A DNA stretch of 64,000 nt from an uncultured Thermoanaerobaculia bacterium (GTDB taxonomy: Bacteria; Acidobacteriota; JBCCFW01). Positions 1 through 13,450 of the stretch are shown in pieces (within the stretch, counting starts at the first letter, position 1; the number at the start of each line of letters is the position of its first letter). The position numbers were made by a program, and so were the translations under genes. The notes below the pieces were generated by a model. It was given only the letters and a program-made list of their open reading frames with translations, made no database searches and was not told the origin of the DNA. The stretch lies in assembly GCA_964613915.1 (NCBI GenBank), contig CAZTIW010000001.1, forward strand, positions 123,741-187,740, written 5' to 3'.

Positions 1-147
1 CCGCCGCCGCCGGCTGCGCGCCGATCCTCGATGTTCCTGCTCTGCCTTCGACCGCGCCACAGCATGTTCACCCCGCTGAGCTGGAATCCCCTGGCGCCGC
101 CGCCGGGTCTCGTCCATCCGACTGAATCGCGGCTACGGATCGGGTCA

Positions 148-292
148 TCAGATATTGGGGTCTGACCCTCGTTTCGCATCGCCGGCCTCGACGATCTGCC
201 AGCGCACCCGACGGTACCGCCCCTACCCCCCGCACCCCACGCCTCATCATCAGATATTGGGGTCTGACCCTAGATTCAGATATTGGGGTGTG
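148..292. repeat. Three copies of a ~21-bp motif CAGATATTGGGGT(C/G)TGACCCT (148-170, 249-271 and 272-292), each with the palindromic core GGGTCTGACCC; they lie downstream of the fumA 3' end
   Basis: Direct reading: catcagatattggggtctgaccct occurs at ~148 and ~249 and is followed by attcagatattggggtgtgaccct at ~272; the core is a 5-1-5 inverted repeat. Confidence 0.6.
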
Positions 293-316
293 ACCCTGGA
301 TTCGGGGGAGCGGGGA

Positions 317-1921
<1,605 letters not shown>

Positions 1922-1970
1922 GGCGGATCCCCGGTGCTCGGACGCCGAGCGGAAGGTCCCGCCTCCGAGA

Positions 1971-3737
1971 TCACTCGGCGACGGGCGGGAGCGGGCCCAG
2001 ATCATCCTTCGCCGCCGCGCGCGCGTCCAGCCGATGGGCGAGGACCGCCAGCGCGATCTGCACGGCCAGCGCCAGCGGAATCGCGATCGGGCCCAGCCAG
2101 CCCGGCAGATCGAACGGTCCGGCCGAAGCCTGGCCGCTGAGAAGGCGCGTGACGCTCACGACCACGGGCACCGGATTGATGAACGCGCCCATCTCGACCA
2201 CGCGCGCCGCCGGCGCAAAGCCCAGGCGCGCCAGGCCCCCGGCGATCGAACCGGCGAACGTGGCGACCACGACGAGAGCGAAGAGCCACGACACCGGGCG
2301 GCCGGCGCGATCCTTCACGCCGGCCTCGAAGCGCGCCATGACGCGGCGCCCCTCGCGACCCATGGCCGCGCCGAAGACGCACCACGGCACGGCGCACAGC
2401 GCGATGAGCGCCGCCGCGCCGATGGCCGGCATGCCGAAGGACGCCACGGGCGCGCCGAGGCTGCACGCCAGCGTGAGCAGCCCCATCACGATGATCCCGT
2501 GCCACGCCGCGGTCGCGCGATCGAGCCCGACGATCCGTCGCCAGCCCGTCACCCGGCCCGCCGCGAGATCCGGCAGCCTCGTGCCGCCGGCGCGCAGCGA
2601 CGCGAAGAAACCGCCGGCTGCCGGGATGGCCGACGCCACGACGAGCGCGCCGGTCGGCGACCGCGCCGCGATGCCCGCGACGAGGAGCCCCAGGACGGTG
2701 ATGAGGAGCCACGCGCCCGGCCGCACGCCCATGCCGCGCGATCCGTCCGGCGCGCGCCAGCTCAGGCGCGCCACGGCGATGCTCACGGGGGCCGCGGCCA
2801 GCACGATGACGAGCGAGAGGACCCACGGCGACAGCGACGCTCCGAACACGTCCACGCGCAACGACGGAAGAAAGGCCGTGAGCGCCGCCCCCATGGGCGA
2901 TGCGGTCGCGAGCGCGGTCAGCGCGAGGGACGCCGGCACGGGCAGCGCCGACAGCGACTTGCCGGAGAAGGCGAGGGGCGCGAGCACCATCGCCGCGCCG
3001 AAGCCGAGCGCCATCTGCACGACGACGATCGCGGCCGCTGGCGGCACCTGCCCGCGCCCGCCCATGCCCGTCGCCATGCCGCGACCGAACCGCATGCCGC
3101 GGGCCGCGAGCACGCGGGCCGCCGCCACCTGCGCGCGCGAATCGAGAGCGGCGGCAGCCACGGCGACGCCCGTCACGCACGTCCACGCCACCGCCACGGC
3201 CAGCACGATCGCGATCTCCGTCAGGCGAATCCCGCCCATGGCCGAACTCGCCGCCGCGGTCGGCAGGAAGGCGAGCAGCAAGAGCGCCTGCACCTCGAGG
3301 TAGTAGGCCACCTTGCCCGCGACCCACGCGGACGTCGGCAGCGGCGACGAAGCCCAGGTCCGGCCGGACCGCGCCGCGACCTCCGCCACGGTGTCCTGCA
3401 TCATGGACGCCGCGGACCCGAGCAGCATGATCAGCAACATGGCGGCCGCCACCACGTGAAGGGCGATGGCGATGCCCCCGTGCGAGTCGGACGGCGCGAG
3501 AACGAAGCCGGCGGCGAAGGCGAGCGCGATGACCGCCTGCACGAGCAGGAGCGCCGTCATGTTGCGCCGCAGCGATCCCGCCGGAGCGCGCGTGGCGCAC
3601 GTCATGGCGTGCACGCCTCGCGCCTGGCGCAGCCACACCTCGAAGGCCTCGCGCCGCGTCGGCGGCCGATGAGACGGCAGCCCCGTCGACGCCGGCAGCC
3701 AGGCGCGTCCCGCGGGCGATTCGCCGGGCGCGGTCAC
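1971..3737 (-). CDS. ABC-2 type transporter permease (large polytopic membrane protein)
   Basis: Highly hydrophobic multi-TM product. The GTG at 3737 overlaps the TGA of the upstream ABC ATPase (GTGA coupling). The upstream part of the 698-aa ORF is Arg-rich junk overlapping the ATPase. Confidence 0.55.
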   Translation of the reverse strand: MTAPGESPAGRAWLPASTGLPSHRPPTRREAFEVWLRQARGVHAMTCATRAPAGSLRRNMTALLLVQAVIALAFAAGFVLAPSDSHGGIAIALHVVAAAMLLIMLLGSAASMMQDTVAEVAARSGRTWASSPLPTSAWVAGKVAYYLEVQALLLLAFLPTAAASSAMGGIRLTEIAIVLAVAVAWTCVTGVAVAAAALDSRAQVAAARVLAARGMRFGRGMATGMGGRGQVPPAAAIVVVQMALGFGAAMVLAPLAFSGKSLSALPVPASLALTALATASPMGAALTAFLPSLRVDVFGASLSPWVLSLVIVLAAAPVSIAVARLSWRAPDGSRGMGVRPGAWLLITVLGLLVAGIAARSPTGALVVASAIPAAGGFFASLRAGGTRLPDLAAGRVTGWRRIVGLDRATAAWHGIIVMGLLTLACSLGAPVASFGMPAIGAAALIALCAVPWCVFGAAMGREGRRVMARFEAGVKDRAGRPVSWLFALVVVATFAGSIAGGLARLGFAPAARVVEMGAFINPVPVVVSVTRLLSGQASAGPFDLPGWLGPIAIPLALAVQIALAVLAHRLDARAAAKDDLGPLPPVAE

Positions 3738-4672
3738 GAGACGATCCCGCGCGTGAAGGACAGGAAGACGTCCTCGACGTCCGCGCTCTCTGGCTCGACC
3801 GCGCAGAAGCGATGCCCCTCGGCGGCCAGCACGGCCACGAGTTCCGCCAGCGCATGGCGGTCGCCCTCGAACCCGAAGCGCACGCGTCCCTCGCTCACCC
3901 GGGGCTCGTGCACCCCTTCGGCGGAGCCGAGGCGCGCGACGAGCGCGTGCGGATCGGACACGGCGTCCACCGACACGCTCAGGTGCGTGCCGAGCCCGCG
4001 GCGGATTTCGTCGAGCGTCCCCGCCACGACCGTGCGGCCGTCCTCGAGAATCACCAGCGAGTCGCAAATCTCGGTCAGGTCCGACAGGACGTGCGACGAG
4101 ATGAGGATGGCGCAGCCCATGCGCTGGAGCTCCTGCGCGAGCGCGCGGAACTCGATGCGGGCGCGGGGGTCGAGGCCCGACGCCGGCTCGTCGAGCACGA
4201 GCAGGCGCGGCTGCGGCAGGAGCGTTCGCGCCAGGTGCAGGCGCTGCCTCATGCCCTTCGAGAGCTGACCGACCTCCTTGTCTCGATGGGCCGTGAGATC
4301 CACGAGCGACAGCGCCTCCTCGATCGCGACCGGCGTGGCCGCGGGCGGGAGTCCGTGCGCCGCCGCCGCGAAGCGCAGGTAGTCCATCGCGGTCATGGCG
4401 TCGGGGAGCTCCAGCACGTCAGGCATGAAGCCGACATGCCACCGCACCCAGCCCGCCGCGTCGCGCACGTCGCAGCCCATCACGCGCACGGTGCCCGACG
4501 CGGGCGCGAGCAGGCCGCAGATGACCTTCATCGTCGTGCTCTTGCCGGCGCCGTTCGGGCCGATCAGGCCGCAGGTCGAGCCGGCTCGAAGCTGGAAGCT
4601 CACGCCCCGCACGGCCTCCTGCCGGCCGTAGCGCACGACCAGATCCTCGACCTCGACCACGGTCCCGCTCAT
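3734..4672 (-). CDS. ABC transporter ATP-binding protein
   Basis: Walker A GPNGAGKST, signature LSKGMRQRL, Walker B LLVLDEPASGLD and H-loop SSHVL are present. The ATG at 4672 overlaps the stop of the upstream gene (ATGA). Confidence 0.9.
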   Translation of the reverse strand: MSGTVVEVEDLVVRYGRQEAVRGVSFQLRAGSTCGLIGPNGAGKSTTMKVICGLLAPASGTVRVMGCDVRDAAGWVRWHVGFMPDVLELPDAMTAMDYLRFAAAAHGLPPAATPVAIEEALSLVDLTAHRDKEVGQLSKGMRQRLHLARTLLPQPRLLVLDEPASGLDPRARIEFRALAQELQRMGCAILISSHVLSDLTEICDSLVILEDGRTVVAGTLDEIRRGLGTHLSVSVDAVSDPHALVARLGSAEGVHEPRVSEGRVRFGFEGDRHALAELVAVLAAEGHRFCAVEPESADVEDVFLSFTRGIVS

Positions 4673-6396
4673 GGCGACTCCCGCGGAGGATGGACGATGT
4701 ACACGACGTCGGCGCCGGCCTCGCCCGCGCCGCGATCGAACGCGACCGCCCCGCCCGTGGTGGGCATCAGCCTCGTGAGCAACTCGGGCTCCCCGTCATC
4801 GAAGTTCGCCGATCGCTCCACGATCGACTTCGGCCCCATCGGCGGCGCGCTGCTGCGCGGCAGGTCGTCCACCTCGAAGCGCACGCGCGGGGAGAGCGGC
4901 TCGTCGCGCCAGCTCTCGGTTCGCGCCACGACGGCGCCGAACCGCGGGACGACGCTCGACCGCACGCGGGTCTCGGCGCCGCGATGCTGGAAGGTGACCG
5001 GCGGAGCGTCGCGGGGAATCGCCGAGAGCAACTGCACGCTGGAGACCCCCAGGGGCAGGGGCACCTCCCCGTTGCTGGCGAGGACGGTCCACGTCACGAC
5101 GCGGCTCATGCCCGTGCCCTCCCAATGCTCGACCAGCGTCATGGGGATCACCCGGCTCGAGCGGCGGACGAGCCCGGCCAGCAGGAGCGGAGCGGAGACG
5201 GCCAGGAGCACCAGCGCGACCTGTCGCGGGCCGACGCGGTCGGGGGACTTGCCGCCCATGAAGGCGAGGGCCACGGCCGCGGCGAGCGTGGCGATGACGA
5301 GCGCGACGGCGCCCGCGAGCGGCGAGATCAGGCTCGCGTGCGCGCCAGCCATCATGACGCGCTGGCGCAGGGTCAGCTCCACGAGCGACTCCCACCGACT
5401 GCTCGGCGCCACGAACGCGGACGACACCCCCGCGCCGAGGAGCGCCGTCCAGGCGTCCGCGTCCATGACCGCGAGCGCCGCGGCCTCGCCGAGATCGAGT
5501 CCCAGCATCACGAGCCGCCCGTCGCCGAAGCGCCGACCGGCCGTGAACGCGCGGGCCTGGCCGCCGATCCCCAGGCGCGTCGCGCCACCGACCAGATCGA
5601 GATCGCGCACGGGCAGCGAGACGCTCCCGTCCGCGGTGGGCAGGGACTCCGATCGGACGGCGCCCGGCAGGCCCGGGAACACCGCCGCGTCCGCCGGCAG
5701 GTCGAGCCCTGCCAGCACGATCGTCGCGCCTCGCGCGCCATGACGGAGAAGCGCCGACCGCGCCTGCGCGCTCAAGGCGCCGAACTCCGTCGCGTCCACC
5801 ACCACGATGTCCGCCGTCTCCCACGCCGCCGGTTCCTCGGGCGCCGTCGCCGCGGTGAGCGTCGCCGTGCGCAGCGACGGGTCGGGCGCTCCCGCCGACA
5901 GCGCGGCCTCCAGCGCCAGGAGCCGGCCCACGCGCTCGCCCACCACCGCGACGGCCGGGCGCTCGACGATGACGGCGTTCGCCGGCGACCATCCGCCGTC
6001 GTCCAGCGCCCACTCGAACACGCCGCCATAGCGCTCCGTGCAGGCGACGATCGAGATCTCGCGCCTGGCGCCCGGCTCGGCCTGGACGTCCACGGCCCAG
6101 ACGGGCGACTCGGTGTTGGCGACGCGGATGCGCACGGTCGCTGCTAGCGGCTGCGATCCACCCACGACCATCACGCGGATCGGCGAACAGCCGGTCCACG
6201 ACGAGACGCCGCCCAGCCCTGCGGCCACCGTCACGTGAGGTCCGCCCGGCGCCACGCTGGCGCTCGCGACCATCTGCGCTGACGCCGCCGTCGCGCCGAA
6301 GACCAGAGCGACCAGGGCGACCAGAACGGCCATCCGTCGGCCGACGCCGCGCGCGCCGCCGGGTCTCATGCGTGAAGCTCGAGGCGGCAGGGGCAC
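4669..6396 (-). CDS. Exported/membrane-anchored hypothetical protein, first gene of the ABC-2 operon (possible GldG-like auxiliary component)
   Basis: N-terminal signal-like segment (MAVLVALVALVFGATAASA) and two C-proximal hydrophobic helices. Its stop overlaps the ATPase start (ATGA). No enzymatic motif was recognised. Confidence 0.5.
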   Translation of the reverse strand: MPLPPRASRMRPGGARGVGRRMAVLVALVALVFGATAASAQMVASASVAPGGPHVTVAAGLGGVSSWTGCSPIRVMVVGGSQPLAATVRIRVANTESPVWAVDVQAEPGARREISIVACTERYGGVFEWALDDGGWSPANAVIVERPAVAVVGERVGRLLALEAALSAGAPDPSLRTATLTAATAPEEPAAWETADIVVVDATEFGALSAQARSALLRHGARGATIVLAGLDLPADAAVFPGLPGAVRSESLPTADGSVSLPVRDLDLVGGATRLGIGGQARAFTAGRRFGDGRLVMLGLDLGEAAALAVMDADAWTALLGAGVSSAFVAPSSRWESLVELTLRQRVMMAGAHASLISPLAGAVALVIATLAAAVALAFMGGKSPDRVGPRQVALVLLAVSAPLLLAGLVRRSSRVIPMTLVEHWEGTGMSRVVTWTVLASNGEVPLPLGVSSVQLLSAIPRDAPPVTFQHRGAETRVRSSVVPRFGAVVARTESWRDEPLSPRVRFEVDDLPRSSAPPMGPKSIVERSANFDDGEPELLTRLMPTTGGAVAFDRGAGEAGADVVYIVHPPRESP

Positions 6397-6412
6397 GGGC
6401 GCCCGGCGACCG

Positions 6413-7486
6413 TCAGAGCGCCGCGACCGTCCGCGGCGGGTTCCGGAGCACGGCCCAGCTCTTCCACAGGACCTTGCCCCAGCCCATGCTGTGGTACGGA
6501 AGCTGGTGCCTCGCGCAGAACTCCCGCACCATGGGCGCGACCTTCGGGTAGTACACGTGGCTGAGCGTCGGAAACAGGTGATGCTCGACCTGGTACTGAA
6601 GGCCCGACGCGGTCATCGAGGCGAGAATCCCGCCCTCGAAGTTCACGCTGCTCGCGGCCTGCAGCACGACGAAGTCCGCCTTGCGGTGGTCCGCCTTCAG
6701 CCGCGCGGCTTCCGCCGGATAGTGACCGGGCGCCAGCATGGCGTACATCGCGTAGCTCATCAGGGCCATGCGCGCGACGTAGCTGAGCACGACGACCTGC
6801 CACGAGAAGAACATCAGCGGCACGCCGAACCACAGCGCGTAGTGCGCCACGAGGCAGCCCACGTCAATGAAGTGATGGCGCGTGCGGCGCGCGGGATCGC
6901 GCAGGCAGCGCGCGACGTGACGCCAGCCGTTCACCTGCATGTTGAACGAGTTCGCGAGCAGGGCGAACGGAAACACCCAGAACTGGAGCTTGTCGAAGTA
7001 GAACCGCTGCCAGCCTGACGTCTGATCGATCTCGTCGCGCGTCAGCGCGAACCAGGGAAACAGGTCCGAGTCGCCATCCACGCCCACGACGTTCGGAGCC
7101 GGGTGATGCATGACCACGTGACGGTGCCACCACGAGGTCGCGGCCAGCCCCAGGAAGACGGGGTAGCCGAAGAAGGTCAGGCCCTCGTTCAGCCACTGGC
7201 GATCGCTCGTGCCGCGATGCGAGGACGTGTGCGAGTTCGTGCCGACCGTGATCATGCCGAGCACCGCGATCACGGCGCCGAGCGCTCGCAGGGGCCACGG
7301 CAGCGGCATCCAGGTCATGAAGCAGCCCGCCAGCGTGACGGCCACGGCGGCGACGAGATGCAGCAGGATCGGGAGCGTCGCCTTGCGCGTGTAGCCGCGG
7401 GCTTCGATCTCGCGCCGCAACACGTGGAGGTCGTCGAGCATGGCGCGGGACGGTGACGCGGCAGGGGCGGCGACTGGTGGCGACAA
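6413..7486 (-). CDS. Membrane fatty-acid desaturase family protein (di-iron His-box enzyme)
   Basis: His boxes HTSSH, HRHVVMHH and QVEHH sit among multiple TM helices. An alternative start is the ATG at 7441. Confidence 0.75.
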   Translation of the reverse strand: MSPPVAAPAASPSRAMLDDLHVLRREIEARGYTRKATLPILLHLVAAVAVTLAGCFMTWMPLPWPLRALGAVIAVLGMITVGTNSHTSSHRGTSDRQWLNEGLTFFGYPVFLGLAATSWWHRHVVMHHPAPNVVGVDGDSDLFPWFALTRDEIDQTSGWQRFYFDKLQFWVFPFALLANSFNMQVNGWRHVARCLRDPARRTRHHFIDVGCLVAHYALWFGVPLMFFSWQVVVLSYVARMALMSYAMYAMLAPGHYPAEAARLKADHRKADFVVLQAASSVNFEGGILASMTASGLQYQVEHHLFPTLSHVYYPKVAPMVREFCARHQLPYHSMGWGKVLWKSWAVLRNPPRTVAAL

Positions 7487-7720
7487 GGAACTCTCCGATG
7501 GGCAGGACCCGCTCCCCCGGGGGCGGCAGCCGAAGGGAGGCTACGCAAGCCCCGCCCCGGAAGCAAGGTGCGCGACGGCACGCGGAGGGCCCGAGACCGG
7601 CCCGCTCCGGGCCAGCCCCCGCCGGGGCGCTTTCGCCCGCCGGGCCCAGCCCCTACACTTGCTCTCGGGGGCATGCCCCCTGCCCCGCCCCGCGAGGCAC
7701 CGAACGACCGGAGAACCGCC

Positions 7721-9631
7721 ATGTCCACCGCTCCCGCCCGCTTGCTCCACCCCATGATTCGCGAGAACGGCGTCCTCCGCCAGGCCACCTGGGACGAGGC
7801 GCTCGACCGCGCGGCCGAGCTCATCCAGTCTTCCGTCCGCCAGCGCGGGCCGAAGTCGTTCGGCATCTTCTCGTGCAGCAAGGCGACGAACGAGATGAAC
7901 TACATGGCGATGAAGTTCATCCGGACGGCCGTCGGCTCGAACAACATCGACTCCTGCAACCGCACTTGACACGCCCCCTCGGTCGTCGGTCTGGCGACTG
8001 TTTTCGGAGCGGGTGGCGGGACGAGTTCGTACGAGGAAGCCGAGAACACGGATCTCATCTTCCTCTGGGGTAGCAACGCGCGCGAGACGCATCCCATCTT
8101 CTTCCATCACGTGCTGAAGGGCATCCGCAACGGCGCGAAGCTCATGGTGGTCGACCCGCGGCGGACGAGCTCGGCTCGCTGGGCTGACCAGTGGCTGGGC
8201 CTGAACGTCGGCACGGACATCGAGCTCGCGAACGCCATGGGCAAGGTCATCCTCGACGAGGGACTGGAGAACCGCGAGTTCATCCGGCGCGCGACGGTGG
8301 ATTTCGAGGCCTACCGCGCGCTCGTCGCTCGCCATGACCTCGAGCGCGCCGAGCGCGTGACGGGCGTGCCGGGCGACGTCATCAAGCGCGCGGCCATCGA
8401 GTACGCCCGCGCCGACCGCGCGATGATCTGCTGGACGCTCGGCATCACCGAGCACCACAACGCGGTGGACAACGTCGTGTCGCTCATCAACCTCGGGCTC
8501 CTGACCGGCCACGTCGGGCGCTACGGCAGCGGGCTCAACCCCCTGCGCGGGCAGAACAACGTGCAGGGCGGCGGCGACATGGGCGCCCTGCCCCACAAGC
8601 TCACGGGCTTCCAGGACATTGACGACGACGCGCTGCGCGGCAAGTTCGAACGCGCCTGGGGCGTGACGTTCTCGGGCGAGGTCGGCTGGCACCTGACCGA
8701 GATGTTCGAGGCGATGGAGCGCGGCGACATGACCGCGCTGTTCTGCATCGGCGAGAACCCCGCGCAGTCGGAGGCCGACTCGCACCACTGCCACGGGCTG
8801 CTGTCGGGACTCGAGTGCCTGATCGTGCAGGACATCGTCATGACCAGGACGGCCGAGATGGCCCACGTCGTCTTCCCGGCATCGGCGTCGTGGTGCGAGG
8901 CTGACGGCACGGTCACGAATTCCGAGCGCCGCGTGCAGCGCGTGCGCAAGATCCTCGAACCGCCAGGCGAAGCTCGCGACGACATCCAGATCCTGGCCGA
9001 CCTCGCGCGACGCCTCGGCCGCGACCTCGGCAACCCGACGCCGCGGCAGCTCTGGGACGAGCTGCGCACGCTCTCGCCCATGCACGCGGGCATGAGCTAC
9101 GAGCGCCTCGAGAAGCTCGGCGGCATCCAGTGGCCCTGCCCGTCCGAAGACCACCCCGGCGAGAAGTTCCTTCACGCGCGGCTCTGGAAGGACCCCATCG
9201 AGGGCCGCCGTGCCCCCTTCCTGCCCTGCGAGCAGGTGCCGCCCGTGGACCAGCTCACCGAGGACTTCCCGCTGCGGCTCACGACCGGGCGGCGGCTCGA
9301 TTCCTACAACACGGGCGTGCAGACCTCGAGCTTCGCGTCGCCCATGCGCGGCGGCGAGACGCTGGACCTGTCGCCCGAGGACGCGCGCCGGCTGGCCATC
9401 ATGGACGGCGAGATGGTGCGCGTGACCTCGCGACGCGGCTCCGTGCTGGTGCCCGCGCGCATTGACACGGGCCTGAAGCCCGGGCTCACCTTCATGACGT
9501 TCCACTTCCCCGACCAGGTGGACACCAACATCCTCACCATTGACGCGACCGACCCCAAGTCGGGCACGGCCGAGTTCAAGGCCTCGGCGATTCGCGTCGA
9601 GAAGCTCGCGGTGGACGCCGTCGCGACCTGA
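7721..9631 (+). CDS. fdhA: Formate dehydrogenase catalytic (molybdopterin/MopB) fragment, a selenoprotein with in-frame TGA at 7967-7969 read as Sec; it lacks the N-terminal 4Fe-4S domain
   Basis: Two six-frame ORFs (7568..7969 and 8111..9631) share one frame and are separated only by TGA. The context SCNRT-TGA-HAPSVVGL matches the FdhF Sec site (CARV-U-HGPSVAGL). The translation is collinear with E. coli FdhF from residue ~63 (PMIR...ATWDEAL) to the C-terminus (GQNNVQGGGDMGALP, KSGTAEFKASAIRVEKL). A GGAGA RBS sits 7 nt before the ATG at 7721. Confidence 0.85.
7982..7998 (+). promoter_or_regulatory. SECIS-like hairpin, 12 nt downstream of the Sec UGA (GUCGUC-GGUC-U-GGCGAC: 6-bp stem, GGUC loop, bulged U)
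   Basis: The sequence after the TGA (CACGCCCCCUCGGUCGUCGGUCUGGCGAC) parallels E. coli fdhF (CACGGCCCAUCGGUUGCAGGUCUGCACC), including the apical GGUC loop and bulged U. Confidence 0.5.
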
Positions 9632-9712
9632 CGCGCCGGCGCGTCGCCCGGGGGCGCGCGACCGCCGCGCGCTCCCGTCGCTCATGCCATCATCCGCACC
9701 GAAAGACCTGAC

Positions 9713-11526
<1,814 letters not shown>

Positions 11527-11530
<4 letters not shown>

Positions 11531-12639
11531 GCTCGCGATTCGTCGAGGCGCCGCGCCGCATGGTCGAGTTGAGCGTGGATGGCCACGCGGTCGCCGTGCC
11601 CGAGGGCTCGACCATCATGGACGCCTGCCGCGAGGTCGGCGTGGACACGCCGACCCTGTGCTGGGCGGCGAACCTGACGCCCATCAACGCCTGCCGCGTG
11701 TGCGTGGTCGAGCTCGAGGGCGCGCGCACGCTCGTGCCGTCCTGCGCGCGCAAGGCCGAGGCCGGCATGAAGGTGAAGAGCGACAGCGAGCGCGTGCGGA
11801 CCAGCCGCAAGCTCGTGCTCGAGCTTCTCGCCTCGTCCGTGGATGTCTCGACGGCGCCCGCCTTCCAGGGGTTCATGGAGCGCTACGGCGCCGACGCGAG
11901 CCGCTTCGGCGAGGCGCAGGCGCCCGCGGCCGCCGGCGAGCGCGACGCCGCGCATGCCGGACACCATCACGCGACCGACGGGTCGCGCGCCGCGACCGTG
12001 CATCAGCCGGTCAAGGTGGACAACGAGCTCTACGTCCGCGACTACGGCAAGTGCATCCTCTGCTACAAGTGCGTGGACGCTTGCGGCGAGGAAGCGCAGA
12101 ACACGTTCGCCATCGCGGTCGCGGGTCGCGGGTTCGACGCGCGCATCTCGACCGAGCTCAACGTCCCGCTGACCGACTCCGCCTGCGTTTACTGCGGCAA
12201 CTGCATCAACGTCTGCCCGACCGGCGCGCTGATGTTCAAGTCGGAGCACGACATGCGCGCGGCGGGCACCTGGGACGAGTCCAAGCAGACGACCGCCGAG
12301 ACGGTCTGCCCGTACTGCGGCGTGGGCTGCGTGCTGGAGCTGACGGCCCAGGACAACCGCATCGTCAAGGTCATGTCCCCCGTCGAGTCCACCGTGACGA
12401 ACGGGAACCTGTGCATCAAGGGACGCTTCGGCTTCGACTACGTTCACCATCCGCACAGGCTGACGAAGCCGCTGATCCGGCTGCCAAGTGCCAAAAAGCA
12501 CGCCAACGACCAGGTCCACCCGAAGCTGGTTGAATTGGGAATGCCCTTCAAGCCACTCTTCGGCTTCGAGCACGTGCAGCGCATGCCCGGCAAGAAGTCC
12601 CGCCGCCCCCCCAGCGACGGCGACGCACCCGTCGGCTGA
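11527..12639 (+). CDS. fdsA: Formate dehydrogenase alpha N-terminal FeS fragment (2Fe-2S ferredoxin fold, 4Fe-4S clusters and the MopB N-terminal 4Fe-4S domain), ending exactly at the MopB domain boundary and followed by a ~50-aa non-homologous lower-GC tail
   Basis: MVELSVDGHAVAVPEGSTIMDACREVGVDTPTLCWAANLTPINACRVCVVE is NuoG/FdsA-like. CILCYKCVDAC and CVYCGNCINVCP are ferredoxin clusters. ETVCPYCGVGCVLEL...NGNLCIKGRFGFDYVHHPHRLTKPLIR matches FdhF residues 1-70. The tail LPSAKKHANDQVHPKLVELG... has no homology and lower GC. Confidence 0.8.
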
Positions 12640-12868
12640 CGGTCGCGGACGGCGCCAGCCAGCCACCGAGCGCCGCACCGGGGCTGGCCCCCGGGCCGAG
12701 CCTCGAGACCCTCCCGCCAGATCCGGCCAACCGTGGCACGACGACACGGCCGGCAGTGTCGGCCCTGCCTGGCGCCGCGCACGCACCTCGACCCGGCATC
12801 CGGCGAGCCGCGGCGTTGGCATCCCCATGACCCCACGACCACCCCGGATAGGCAGCACGCCCGCCGCT

Positions 12869-13021
12869 ACCTAACGCAAGCGGCCAGACCACGCGGACGG
12901 AGCGCAAGCGGCCGCAGCTCAATGACATGGCAGGCCCACCCCCGAGCTCACCCGCCGGTGATAGGCTCCGCAACACCGCTTCACCGGCGGACTAGGCGGA
13001 ACGATCCATTACTCGTTAGAG
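12869..13021 (+). repeat. Leftmost attC-like/attI-remnant element (begins ACCTAAC, ends CTCGTTAGAG), at the boundary between fdsA-N and the first cassette
   Basis: An inverse-core-like CCTAAC at 12870, an internal inverted repeat gcaagcggcc/ggccgcagc, and a core-like GTTAGAG at 13015-13021, 11 nt before the first cassette start. Confidence 0.35.
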
Positions 13022-13031
13022 GGACACAACA

Positions 13032-13364
13032 GTGCGCCGGAGCGATGTGAGCCTCGCAGTACTCGCCGTAGTGCTCGTCCTGGTGAGCGCCGTCGGCGTG
13101 CAGTGGTTCCTGGACAGCGCGGCTGATCGACTGCAGGCCGGCGGGCCAGTCTCTCTCGGCGTCCGAGTCTACGTGGCGGCGGCGTCGCCAGCGGTTGTGG
13201 TTGCCATCGCTCTCGCGATAGCGTGCATCGCGGCGCTTGCCATGGGGCAGCACAGCGTTGCGCGGGCGCTCAGCCGCGTGGCTTGCTACGCTGCGATGAT
13301 CTGGGCGCTCGGTAGCATCGTGGTTCTTGGCCTGGCGAACAGCGCCTTGGACTGCAAGGTGTGA
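13032..13364 (+). CDS. Cassette ORF 1: small integral membrane protein (110 aa, 3 TM)
   Basis: Hydrophobic ORF from GTG 13032, immediately followed by attC1. Confidence 0.4.
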   Translation: MRRSDVSLAVLAVVLVLVSAVGVQWFLDSAADRLQAGGPVSLGVRVYVAAASPAVVVAIALAIACIAALAMGQHSVARALSRVACYAAMIWALGSIVVLGLANSALDCKV

Positions 13365-13371
13365 AGGCGCC

Positions 13372-13434
13372 ATCTAACCCGCCGTTGCAGCCGACGCCGC
13401 AAAGCCGGCGCGGCTGAACGCCCACTCGTTAGGC
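13372..13434 (+). repeat. attC site 1 (R'' ATCTAAC ... R' GTTAGGC)
   Basis: atctaacccgccgttgcagccgacgccgcaaagccggcgcggctgaacgcccactcgttaggc. Confidence 0.75.
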
Positions 13435-13450
13435 GGACAAAGGCAGTCGC

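Noticed and set aside
7967-7969. The in-frame TGA in fdhA as a nonsense mutation or pseudogene, or as two separate genes (7568..7969 and 8111..9631)
   Set aside because: Both ORFs share one frame, the residues around the TGA match the conserved Sec site of FdhF-type enzymes, and a SECIS-like hairpin follows, so a selenocysteine codon is the better explanation.
12640-13031. Possible integron integrase (intI) or its remnant to the left of the first cassette
   Set aside because: No ORF in any frame shows tyrosine-recombinase boxes (R..HxxR..Y). The only ORFs are Arg-rich antisense junk; the space (about 390 bp) is too small for an intI.
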